From positions 1 to 43,254 of the forward strand of contig JAZQWS010000068.1 in the NCBI GenBank assembly GCA_045632465.1: a stretch of DNA of 43,254 bases. The letters run 5' to 3'. The stretch's first letter is position 1, and each line of letters begins with the position of its first letter. Source of the stretch: Eubacteriales bacterium (GTDB taxonomy: Bacteria; Bacillota; Clostridia; Oscillospirales; CAG-272). Under the pieces are notes generated by a model. That model saw only the letters and a program-made list of their open reading frames with translations. It was not told the DNA's origin and did not search any database. A program made the translations under genes and the position numbers. Positions 1 to 7,977 of this stretch are shown here, piece by piece.

Positions 1-1335
1 GGCCTCCTTTTCCATGACGTTGGTCACGGATGGACGATCGATCCCTTCGGCATTGACTCCAAGCATAGCTGGCGCAAGGTTGATCCGAGCATCGTTCCGA
101 AGGAAAGTATTCAATATCTCGCCGAAATCAACGGAAAGCGCGGTCTTTTTGAGGATACGCCGATCAACACGAACTTCTGTATGTCCAATCCCACGGCGCG
201 CAAAATGTTCTGCGACTATGTGGTGAAATACGCAGAGGAGCATCCGAATGCGGATTATTTGCAGGTTTGGCTGGCGGACAGCGTCAATAACCATTGCGAA
301 TGCGAGGAATGCAGAAAAAAGATTCCCTCGGATTATTACGTGATTTTGATGAACGAGCTGGACGAGGCGCTGGCGGCAAAATCTCTCCCAACGCGCATTG
401 CGTTCATCGCGTATCTTGACACGGTATTTCCGCCTCTCGTGGAAAAAATTAAGAATTCCAAGCGTTTCTCCTTGATGTTTGCCTACATTTCAAGAAACTA
501 TGCCGATACCTCAATCGAGAGCAAGGATCTTTCGCTGAAGCCTTACGTGAGAAATAAAATTCCTCGTATCGGCGCGCTTTCGGATGCTCTGCGCTATTAT
601 CAGAAATGGCGCGAAAGCTATGATGGCGACGGCATTGTCTTTGAATACCATTTCTGGCGGCATCTGTATTACGATGTCAGCGGACTTCAGATGGCGGCGC
701 GCATCTTTGAGGACGTCGCGCTTTACAGAGAAAACGGCTTCCGTGGTTTTATCGAAAACGGAACGCTTCGCCCCTTCTTCCCAACCGGTATTGCATTTTA
801 TACCTACGCAAAATGCCTCTATGACGAAACGCTTTCCTTTGAAGATATCTGCCGCGATTATTTTTCGCATATCTACGGCGAGGATTACAAGGATTTCGTT
901 GCTTATTTTGAAAAGCTGAACGAAATTCTTCCGTATCGCTTCACGGAAACGAATGCGCCCGGCGGAGGAATGAAAAAATCCCTCGAATTCTGCGAAGGCT
1001 TTGCTGAAAAGCTGAACGGAGTGGAAGAGGTAATCGCATACGGCCGTAAGCTTGTGGAGAATCATTATAATTCCGATATGCGTGTGCAAACCGTAGCGGT
1101 CAGACTTCTCGAAAAACACTTGCGCTATGCAGAGCTTTATGCGGATTCGATCCGCAAGAAGGCTCGGGGCGAAAACGAAGCTGCTAAGGAAGCCTTGGAT
1201 GTTTTGCTTGAAGAAATGGGCAGGGAGGAGGTCTATATCCAGACCTATTACGATCATAACCTCAATTCCACCGGTCTTGGTCATTATTTCAATCTCGATA
1301 GCAATCCCTATATTTCCATCGGTGCGGATATATAA
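1..1335 (+). CDS. DUF4838 domain-containing protein (putative glycoside hydrolase-like), 5'-truncated by window edge
   Basis: Frame is open from base 1 (GLLFHDVGHGW...TNFCMSNP), so the track start at 181 is internal; 'WLADxxNNHCECEEC', 'FIAYLDT' and 'FEYHFW' motifs are typical of DUF4838 proteins. Confidence 0.7.
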   Translation, partial: GLLFHDVGHGWTIDPFGIDSKHSWRKVDPSIVPKESIQYLAEINGKRGLFEDTPINTNFCMSNPTARKMFCDYVVKYAEEHPNADYLQVWLADSVNNHCECEECRKKIPSDYYVILMNELDEALAAKSLPTRIAFIAYLDTVFPPLVEKIKNSKRFSLMFAYISRNYADTSIESKDLSLKPYVRNKIPRIGALSDALRYYQKWRESYDGDGIVFEYHFWRHLYYDVSGLQMAARIFEDVALYRENGFRGFIENGTLRPFFPTGIAFYTYAKCLYDETLSFEDICRDYFSHIYGEDYKDFVAYFEKLNEILPYRFTETNAPGGGMKKSLEFCEGFAEKLNGVEEVIAYGRKLVENHYNSDMRVQTVAVRLLEKHLRYAELYADSIRKKARGENEAAKEALDVLLEEMGREEVYIQTYYDHNLNSTGLGHYFNLDSNPYISIGADI

Positions 1336-1342
1336 TTAAAAT

Positions 1343-1390
1343 AAAAGACGGATCCGAAAGCTGAATTCGCAAGCTTTGGGATCCGTTTTT
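1343..1390. terminator. Bidirectional intrinsic terminator
   Basis: AAAAGACGGATCCGAAAGCT...AGCTTTGGGATCCGTTTTT inverted repeat with A/T tracts on both sides, between convergent genes. Confidence 0.8.
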
Positions 1391-2203
1391 TCATTCAATC
1401 AGATAGCGTTTGTGTTCTTCTTTTACGTAATCTCGCGGCGTGATATGCATCCGCCTTTTGAATACAGAACTGAAATATGTTTGTGAAGAAAAGCCGCATT
1501 GTGCCGCGATCTCCGTCAGCGTTTTGGATGTTGTCGAAAGGAGAATGATGGATTTTTTTATCCTTAAATCCTCCACGTATTCGTGAAGCGTTTTTCCTAC
1601 CGCGGCTTTGAAGCAATTGTGAAAATGAATTTTACTGTAAGAGGAAAACTTGGCCATCGCCTCCAGCGACAAGTCGTCCGATAGGTGTTCTTTTATGTAT
1701 TTTACAGATTGCTCTATTTTGTCATATTCGAGATTTCCGAATCTCCTTGTGCGCATCTGCCTTTGAGCATCGGTGCTGAGCGTATGTATCAATTTTAGTA
1801 TCAAGCTTTGTAAAATAATATGGTTTGCCTCCGCTTTTGTGTCACGGTGATTGTAAAGCGACTTGAATATATAAAGATATTCTGCAAAGGCGGCAATAGG
1901 AATAAAGGACGGGATTTTCATCAAAGTATCATAAAGCTCACCTTCCTCTATAATCATATGAACGAAATAACATTTGTAAGGGAAGCGCGTATGCCGCTCT
2001 TGCCCGGGCTTTAGGCATATAATCATATTGGGTGTTATGGGGGCTTGCTCGGAATCTATATAGGCAACACCGCCGTTTTCGATCGGAAGGTCTATCTCAA
2101 ACATCGTGCCTTTCCTTATGCTTGTGATCGTTTTGTTTTTTGCCGAAACATCGGAGTTGTAAATTCCGATTGCAACGATTTTCGGAAGAATGATCTCGCC
2201 CAT
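1391..2203 (-). CDS. AraC family transcriptional regulator
   Basis: C-terminal double HTH (LSLEAMAK...FHNCFK...EIAAQCGFSSQTYFSSVFKRRMHITPRDY); N-terminal cupin-like region; GAGGAG RBS. Confidence 0.93.
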   Translation of the reverse strand: MGEIILPKIVAIGIYNSDVSAKNKTITSIRKGTMFEIDLPIENGGVAYIDSEQAPITPNMIICLKPGQERHTRFPYKCYFVHMIIEEGELYDTLMKIPSFIPIAAFAEYLYIFKSLYNHRDTKAEANHIILQSLILKLIHTLSTDAQRQMRTRRFGNLEYDKIEQSVKYIKEHLSDDLSLEAMAKFSSYSKIHFHNCFKAAVGKTLHEYVEDLRIKKSIILLSTTSKTLTEIAAQCGFSSQTYFSSVFKRRMHITPRDYVKEEHKRYLIE

Positions 2204-2258
2204 AGCCGACTCCTCTCATAATAAGATCTTTAACAAAATACATAATATTTTAATGGTA

Positions 2259-2287
2259 TTGCGCTAATAAATATGATACAATAAAAT
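2259..2287 (+). promoter_or_regulatory. Putative sigmaA promoter for the GH16 gene
   Basis: TTGCGC (2259-2264) - 17 bp - TAAAAT (2282-2287). Confidence 0.5.
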
Positions 2288-2301
2288 TATAGAAATGTCA
2301 A
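2273..2301 (-). promoter_or_regulatory. Putative sigmaA promoter for the AraC gene, overlapping the divergent GH16 promoter
   Basis: Minus strand TTGACA (2301-2296) - 17 bp - TATCAT (2278-2273). Confidence 0.6.
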
Positions 2302-2373
2302 TGCGGACGAAGATCCGATTTGCGTTTTCTTGTAAAAAATATAGCGTAGCTTTGCTTGAAAGGAAGCATAAGA

Positions 2374-3234
2374 ATGAAGAAGTTTGAAGTAAAAGATCAC
2401 GAGCCCAGTTACTTGCCGGATGGCGATTGGGAGCTTATATGGGCGGATGAGTTTGATGGAACGGAGCTTGACAGAACAAAATGGGACTTCCGATTAAAGT
2501 TTTGGGGAAAGCAGTTTGATGGCTACACCGATCAAGGCATTGTTCTTGACGGAAATAGCCATATTGAGCTGCATCGAACCGAGATTGATGGAAGATACGT
2601 ATCTCCGCAGCTGCAAACAGGATCGAATTCCTTTGATTACTTATCAGCCAACAGAGAAAATCCGTGGGGGCTGGATGGCATATGGCCTCTCGAGGAATTG
2701 CAAGCGCCCAAATTCGTCCACCGTTACGGTTACTATGAGTGCAGATGTAAATTCCAAAAATATCCTGAGCTTATGTGGAGTGCCTTTTGGACGCAATCTC
2801 CCGCGATTGGCGCGCGCTTTGAGCCCGAATGGTGCGGAATAGAATCCGACATTATGGAGTGCTTCAAGAAAGGCAGAGCCACTACGGGAAATATTATGGG
2901 CGGTTATGGAAAGCAATTCAGAGACGAGGGAAGAGTCAATTACGATCTTGAAGAAACGATAGACGGATGGCATTATTTCGGTATGGATTGGCAGCCGGAA
3001 GGATACGTTTTCTATTGTGACGGCAAAGAGGTTTCGAGATGCAACGGTAGTGTGTCGCACGTGCCGCAGTTTATTTTGCTCACCACGGAGATTCAGGGGT
3101 ATCGCTCAAGTGCGAAGAAAAGAGTTTTGTTGAACGGCGAAAGCACGGAGGACGTGCCGTATGAAATCAAGGGCGATTTTGTGGATGATGCGTTTATCGT
3201 TGATTTTGTAAGAGTGTACGATAAAATCGGGTGA
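2374..3234 (+). CDS. Glycoside hydrolase family 16 protein (no signal peptide)
   Basis: 'WELIWADEFDGTELDRTKW', 'RYGYYECR', 'WSAFW', catalytic ExDxxE 'ESDIME', 'WHYFGMDW', C-terminal 'VDFVRVY'; ATG 2374 follows an AAAGGAAG RBS. Confidence 0.9.
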   Translation: MKKFEVKDHEPSYLPDGDWELIWADEFDGTELDRTKWDFRLKFWGKQFDGYTDQGIVLDGNSHIELHRTEIDGRYVSPQLQTGSNSFDYLSANRENPWGLDGIWPLEELQAPKFVHRYGYYECRCKFQKYPELMWSAFWTQSPAIGARFEPEWCGIESDIMECFKKGRATTGNIMGGYGKQFRDEGRVNYDLEETIDGWHYFGMDWQPEGYVFYCDGKEVSRCNGSVSHVPQFILLTTEIQGYRSSAKKRVLLNGESTEDVPYEIKGDFVDDAFIVDFVRVYDKIG

Positions 3235-3296
3235 AGCCATATAGCTTCTCGCTTGTCAGAGCAATATAAGATTACTTATAAAAGGAGAATATCTTT

Positions 3297-3449
3297 ATGA
3301 AAGTCAGTGTAAAAAAACATAAACAAATTATTCCGACCTACGTTCCAAAGGCGGCACACGATCTGCCAATGTTCTTCGAGAACAGGCCATATCAAGGAGC
3401 ATCGGGAAAAAATTATCCGATCAAGGTTAAGAGTAAGGAATTTTTATGA
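3297..3449 (+). pseudogene. 50-codon N-terminal remnant of a DUF5107-type (TPR-containing) protein
   Basis: Not in the ORF track. AAGGAG RBS, then MKVSVKKHKQIIPTYVPKAAHDLPMFFENRPYQGASGKNYPIKVKSKEFL*; the 'IPTY...PMF.E.R.YQG.SG..YP' pattern matches my recollection of DUF5107 N-termini. Confidence 0.65.
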
Positions 3450-4324
3450 TGAACGAATTATTCTTGGAAATTCCATTGCAGCCTGATTTTTCTGCGCATA
3501 TCATGTGCGGAAGCGATGAGCTCGTAAACAAGTTTTATGAGCCGCTCAGACAGGCATATCCAAATTATATTTCCAGAACGATGATCGGTACCGATACGTC
3601 GGGGCAATATCAGATGTGGTTATATGACTTTTGTCCGGAGCGTTATGAGGCTTGTGTCTTTCTTCAAAGCGGCGTTCATCCCATCGAAACGGAGGGCTAT
3701 CTCGGTCTTGCACGTATTATGAAAATGATCGCTGAAAATGAATTGCCCGATTTGCGCTCTAAGGTACGCTTTTTGGTGATTCCCATCGTGAGCGTGTACG
3801 GCATTTCCAAAAAGGCACAAGCTGACAGTATCATTAAACGCTATGATATTCCGCACAATGTGCTCGGTATCAATGGCAACAGAGATTGCTATGGGCGCCG
3901 TTTGAACGAAACCAAAAACGTTTTGTCGGTGCTTGAAAAATACAAAGATGTCATAGATTTTGCCTTTGATTTGCACACAACCACCACGGAGGATTGGGGG
4001 GATTACCTCACGGTATATCCCGACAAGCTGCCGCACCAAAAGGAGCTTGTCCGTCTCAACGATCTTTTGCGTTCTCGCAATATCAAGGAGAGGGAAGCCA
4101 AAATCGTTTATTCCGGAAACTCAACGAATTACCCAACGGGATCAAATGCTGCCTCATATGCTTCTTATATAACCGAAGAAATAGGTATCCCGATGTGCAC
4201 GCTCGAGCATTCCGATCTTGTTTTTGATACCGCCCTCGGCACGCCGATTGCAATGACACGCGCCGTTGAGCTTTATCTTAATCACATAATGCTTGCCTTG
4301 GATTTTTATAAAAATCAAAAATAA
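3446..4324 (+). CDS. M14 family zinc metallopeptidase / succinylglutamate desuccinylase-like hydrolase
   Basis: HxxE 'GVHPIE', 'NGNR', 'FDLHT' and C-terminal 'TLEH' glutamate. Confidence 0.8.
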   Translation: MMNELFLEIPLQPDFSAHIMCGSDELVNKFYEPLRQAYPNYISRTMIGTDTSGQYQMWLYDFCPERYEACVFLQSGVHPIETEGYLGLARIMKMIAENELPDLRSKVRFLVIPIVSVYGISKKAQADSIIKRYDIPHNVLGINGNRDCYGRRLNETKNVLSVLEKYKDVIDFAFDLHTTTTEDWGDYLTVYPDKLPHQKELVRLNDLLRSRNIKEREAKIVYSGNSTNYPTGSNAASYASYITEEIGIPMCTLEHSDLVFDTALGTPIAMTRAVELYLNHIMLALDFYKNQK

Positions 4325-4327
4325 AGC

Positions 4328-4371
4328 AATCCCCCGAAAAGTTGAAAAAGCTTTTCGGGGGGATTATCTTT
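4328..4371. terminator. Probable bidirectional intrinsic terminator
   Basis: AATCCCCCGAAAAG...CTTTTCGGGGGGATT hairpin between convergent genes. Confidence 0.75.
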
Positions 4372-6169
4372 ATTCAAAAATCGTAAGATTTCCAATTGCA
4401 ACGTTTGCATCGGAATAGTTTGGATTTTCGCTGTATTTTCCGACGGTGGTAAGAACGTCAAAGCGAACGTATCTTGCCTCGGTTGCAGGGAAGCGGATGA
4501 TGTTTTCATCGGCAAAAACGCGGCAATAGCCATCGGCCTTCAGATCAAAGTGAATGCCGTCAAGACTTGTGTAAACGGCATAGTCCGCAGGAATAGGCGC
4601 ACCGATACCTGCGAGTTCCTGGGATGTCTGGCCCGGTTTTCTGCACATAGGCATCGGATAATGTCCGAGCGCGGCGATTTCTTTGGATTCCTTCATATCG
4701 ATGAGAATAGAAGCCGTCTGCTGCTTGCAGGTATAAGGCTCAAAAGGCTTTCCGTTGATCGCCAAGGATGCATCCTCGCCGCTGACAGTTTCGGTCGCGG
4801 TGCAGATGCTCATATCGATCGGCGTAAGCTGCGGCAGATCATCCACTTCATTGTAAGCTCTTCCGGTGTAAACAGGGCAGGAGAATGCGCGCTTTCCGTT
4901 TGCATCCATGAAGCGGAGATAGAAATATCTTGCCGTATCGGAGAAAACGGTGAAATCCAGCGTTTTCTTGCCTTTGCAGTTGATTGCCATTACGGTTCTG
5001 CCGTAGTCGGAAACAACGCGGCAGGAAACGGGAAGATCACTTTCGTTTCCGTCAAAGGTATCCAGCGAAACGTGGAAGCTATATGTATCCGCGAGAGGGA
5101 GATCTGCGGGCGCGGTCATACCGTTTACCTTGTAGCTCATTTTCAGATTTCCGCTTTCCGTGGTGTAAACTCTACCGCTACGAAGCGCATCCAAAATGGC
5201 CTCCTTGCTTTTTTCGGTAACAACGGCAACCGTTTTGTGCGGTACGCGGTCAAATCTCCAATCGTTGTGGGCATCGCTGTCGCCGTAAGGGCTAACGCGG
5301 AATCCCGCGTCCAACGCATAGGTGTAGGATTGCTCGTAAGCGAGATTGGGGCCGGCGCCGTCCAGTACCTCAATGCCGCGCATAATATGCTTCATCTCGG
5401 GAGAAAAGATTTTGGGAAAAGCAAAATCCCAGGCTGTGGGCGGATCGCCCCAGCCGATTACCTGCGGATGCGCGAAAATTCCGATAGGCTCGGGAGCATT
5501 CTTGAAAGTATCAATAAAGGAAGGGAATCCGTCTGCCAAAATATAGCCGTCTGCGTTCAAAACGAGAATTTCGCCGGATTTGCGCACGGGAACATCCAAT
5601 CGGTTTCTCTCGATATAAACCACCTCGCTCTCCGAGCCGGGGAAGACGATAGTTTTCATTGGCCTTGCATTTTCTTCCGCAGTAAAGCAACGGAAGAAGT
5701 GCTCGTCGTTGATGGTTTCCGCGTGGTCAGACATAACCGTAAAATCCATGCGTCCGTCCGCCTTGATCACCTCGAGGTAATCCTCGGGAAATTCTGAGGT
5801 TCTCGTGGGCAGAATCTTCGGATCGTGGATGCTTGTGGTGTGTGCGTGCATATCGCCGAAGAGGTGAATCGAGGCCTCCTCGGAGGTCGCCTTTTTCATT
5901 GGATGCGCATCCACGGTGCAGACAAATTTTTCACCATTGCAGGTACAAGTGATAAGGCTCTTTCCTGCTTTTTTTACGGTAACGAGCACGCCGTTTGCGA
6001 AAGCGAAGTCTCCGTCACCCTTGAAGTCGCGCAGAGCGATGGCGTCAGCGTCAGCGGTAAAAGTGATATCCTCCTTCGCAAGATTTTCTCCGCTGTCCGA
6101 GCAAAACTTCAGCGGGAAAACTTCACCAACGAAGGTTTCTTTTTCTTTGGTCGATAGATAAAAAGCCAT
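4370..6169 (-). CDS. PHP-fold metallohydrolase (CehA/McbA-like) with C-terminal discoidin/F5-8 type C domain
   Basis: PHP motifs 'GDMHAHT', 'MSDH', 'PGSE', 'FAHP', 'GDSDAH', 'ILDALRSGRVY'; C-terminal 'VYTSLDG...IRFPATEARYVRF' discoidin signature; AAAGGAG RBS. Confidence 0.75.
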   Translation of the reverse strand: MAFYLSTKEKETFVGEVFPLKFCSDSGENLAKEDITFTADADAIALRDFKGDGDFAFANGVLVTVKKAGKSLITCTCNGEKFVCTVDAHPMKKATSEEASIHLFGDMHAHTTSIHDPKILPTRTSEFPEDYLEVIKADGRMDFTVMSDHAETINDEHFFRCFTAEENARPMKTIVFPGSESEVVYIERNRLDVPVRKSGEILVLNADGYILADGFPSFIDTFKNAPEPIGIFAHPQVIGWGDPPTAWDFAFPKIFSPEMKHIMRGIEVLDGAGPNLAYEQSYTYALDAGFRVSPYGDSDAHNDWRFDRVPHKTVAVVTEKSKEAILDALRSGRVYTTESGNLKMSYKVNGMTAPADLPLADTYSFHVSLDTFDGNESDLPVSCRVVSDYGRTVMAINCKGKKTLDFTVFSDTARYFYLRFMDANGKRAFSCPVYTGRAYNEVDDLPQLTPIDMSICTATETVSGEDASLAINGKPFEPYTCKQQTASILIDMKESKEIAALGHYPMPMCRKPGQTSQELAGIGAPIPADYAVYTSLDGIHFDLKADGYCRVFADENIIRFPATEARYVRFDVLTTVGKYSENPNYSDANVAIGNLTIFE

Positions 6170-6216
6170 GATGTATCTCCTTTGTAAAGAAAGACGTAAA
6201 AATCAAAAAAACGAAA

Positions 6217-6945
6217 TTAAAAAAAGGCAGAACGTGAATCGAAAAATAAAATATAGATTACAAAAATAAGAACGAGATGCAAGGGATAGGCGATATAGAA
6301 AAGATATTTGAAGTTCTTCTTTCCGCGTTTGCCGCTATACAGCAGAAGGATCGGAATCGCGCAAAAGGCGAGGAGCTGTTCCCATTCGAAGTCCAGAGAA
6401 AGAAGATAAAGCAGAGGAATCATGGCGAGAAGCCGCCATTCCTTTTTTGGGATAAAATAAAGCACAACGGGAATCAGGAATGGATAAATTCCATAGTCGA
6501 GATATAGCCCATAAGGCGCGGTGAAGCTTGGTGGATTCGCGAGAAAAATCATCAGAAGAAGCAGCGCGATGCAAAGCACTGCGTTTTTTAAGATCTGCAA
6601 TTTTCCTCGCTCCGTGCAGAGCTTTTTCAGAAGAAAGATCGCAAGCACCGCGAGTGAGAAGGAGATCAGTGTGGAAAGATAAAGCGTTCCGTAAGCTACG
6701 AAATAAACGATTTGGCAAAGCACGCCGAGAATGAAAATTCGTAAAAAATATTTTTTCGGATTTCTCGTGTGGTGGCATCCTTCTGCGATCATGTAGGCAA
6801 AAATGGGAAGTGAAATGCGCCCAAGGCAGCGAAGCCAGAGCGCATTTGGGAAAAGCATAACGCCGATGTGATCGATCACCATGGAAATCAGCGCGATGAT
6901 CTTCAAGGCGTTTGCATTCAAAATTTCATATTTTTTCAAGAGCAA
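6217..6945 (-). CDS. TraX family membrane protein (acyltransferase-like)
   Basis: 'LKIIALISMVIDHIG', 'GRISLPIFAYMIAEG..HTRN..KY..R', 'LLLYSGKRG', 'KYLFYIAYPLHL' family motifs; start codon uncertain. Confidence 0.85.
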   Translation of the reverse strand: MLLKKYEILNANALKIIALISMVIDHIGVMLFPNALWLRCLGRISLPIFAYMIAEGCHHTRNPKKYFLRIFILGVLCQIVYFVAYGTLYLSTLISFSLAVLAIFLLKKLCTERGKLQILKNAVLCIALLLLMIFLANPPSFTAPYGLYLDYGIYPFLIPVVLYFIPKKEWRLLAMIPLLYLLSLDFEWEQLLAFCAIPILLLYSGKRGKKNFKYLFYIAYPLHLVLIFVIYILFFDSRSAFF

Positions 6946-6974
6946 TGGTCCTTTCGCATATCAAGCATTCCAGA

Positions 6975-7397
6975 TCACTTGTAGATCTTTTGATAGGCGG
7001 AGGGCGTCGCCTTTTGCTTCTTAGTCTTCACCTTGCTTTGAATCAGTGCACAAAGCGCGGCAATCACAACGTAACCGAGCGAGAAAAGAACGATGGCAAC
7101 GAAAAAGCTCGAAGGACCTCTGTCTGCATAATTTCCCGCAAAGCAGTAAATGAAAATAAAGCTTGCAAGCAATGCGGCAAAATGAAGCGCATATCTTGCA
7201 AAGGTATGAAGCTTTTTGATAGAAAATATCTCTTGTGCCAGAGAAAATATCATCGAAAATCCGAGAATCAGAAAGAAATAGCGTGCGCTGATGCCGGGCT
7301 GCTCCATGGGAAGCACGAAGGAAAAAAGATAAAACGCGATAAGAATACCGGTTTCGTAAATCAGGCCGCGGCGGATTATATCCCTAAGCTTTTGCAT
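6975..7397 (-). CDS. Small membrane protein with about 4 TM helices (possibly DUF3021-like)
   Basis: ATG at 7397 follows AAGGAG; four hydrophobic segments, 'RYALHF' motif, basic C-terminal tail. Confidence 0.6.
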   Translation of the reverse strand: MQKLRDIIRRGLIYETGILIAFYLFSFVLPMEQPGISARYFFLILGFSMIFSLAQEIFSIKKLHTFARYALHFAALLASFIFIYCFAGNYADRGPSSFFVAIVLFSLGYVVIAALCALIQSKVKTKKQKATPSAYQKIYK

Positions 7398-7428
7398 AAA
7401 ATGTCGCTCCTTTGAATTCAATGCCAAT

Positions 7429-7457
7429 ATTCTACCACATTTTCTCGAGCATTGCAA
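7429..7457 (-). promoter_or_regulatory. Putative sigmaA promoter (extended -10) for the membrane protein/traX/PHP genes
   Basis: Minus strand TTGCAA - 17 bp - TG-G-TAGAAT. Confidence 0.6.
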
Positions 7458-7505
7458 GTCTTAAGTGTAAATTTTTAAATAAATAGAAAAATATGCGCGC
7501 GGGCG

Positions 7506-7534
7506 TTGACAAGGCGGCAAAAAAAATGTATAAT
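7506..7534 (+). promoter_or_regulatory. Consensus sigmaA promoter of the nusB operon
   Basis: TTGACA (7506-7511) - 17 bp - TATAAT (7529-7534). Confidence 0.85.
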
Positions 7535-7572
7535 ATGAATAATAAAACGATTTTTGTAAAGGAAATGCGAAT

Positions 7573-7977
7573 ATGAACAGAAAAGAAGCAAGAGAAAATG
7601 CCTTTCTCCTTCTGTACGAAGGCGTTTGCAAAAAGGATGAGAGTGCCGAGGAGATTTTGGAAAAGGCAACCGAAGAGCGCGCGCTTGAGATCAACGATTA
7701 CGTAAAGGATGTATTTTTCGGCGCATATCAGAATATGGAGGCGCTCGAAAGCGTGATTGCGAAGAATCTCGTTGGTTGGAAGAAGGAGCGTGTTTCGCTG
7801 GTCTCCATGGCGATCCTTCGCCTCGGAGCATACGAGATCCTTTATCGCGAGGATATTCCTGCGAAGGTTTCGATCAATGAATGCATCGAGCTTTCCAAAA
7901 AGTATGATGATGAAAAAACGTATATATTCGTAAACGGTGTGTTGAATGCCATTGCTAAGGAGCAGGCGCAGGCATGA
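7573..7977 (+). CDS. nusB: Transcription antitermination factor NusB
   Basis: 'MNRKEARENAFLLLY', 'AILRLGAYEIL', 'VSINECIELSKKY', 'FVNGVL'. Confidence 0.96.
   Translation: MNRKEARENAFLLLYEGVCKKDESAEEILEKATEERALEINDYVKDVFFGAYQNMEALESVIAKNLVGWKKERVSLVSMAILRLGAYEILYREDIPAKVSINECIELSKKYDDEKTYIFVNGVLNAIAKEQAQA

Noticed and set aside
4550-5797. 415-aa plus-strand ORF antisense to the PHP hydrolase
   Set aside because: Shadow ORF of a motif-bearing gene; no RBS or recognisable domain
6217-6945. TraX gene as a sign of a conjugative element
   Set aside because: No relaxase, T4SS, integrase or att repeats nearby; stand-alone chromosomal TraX homologues are common
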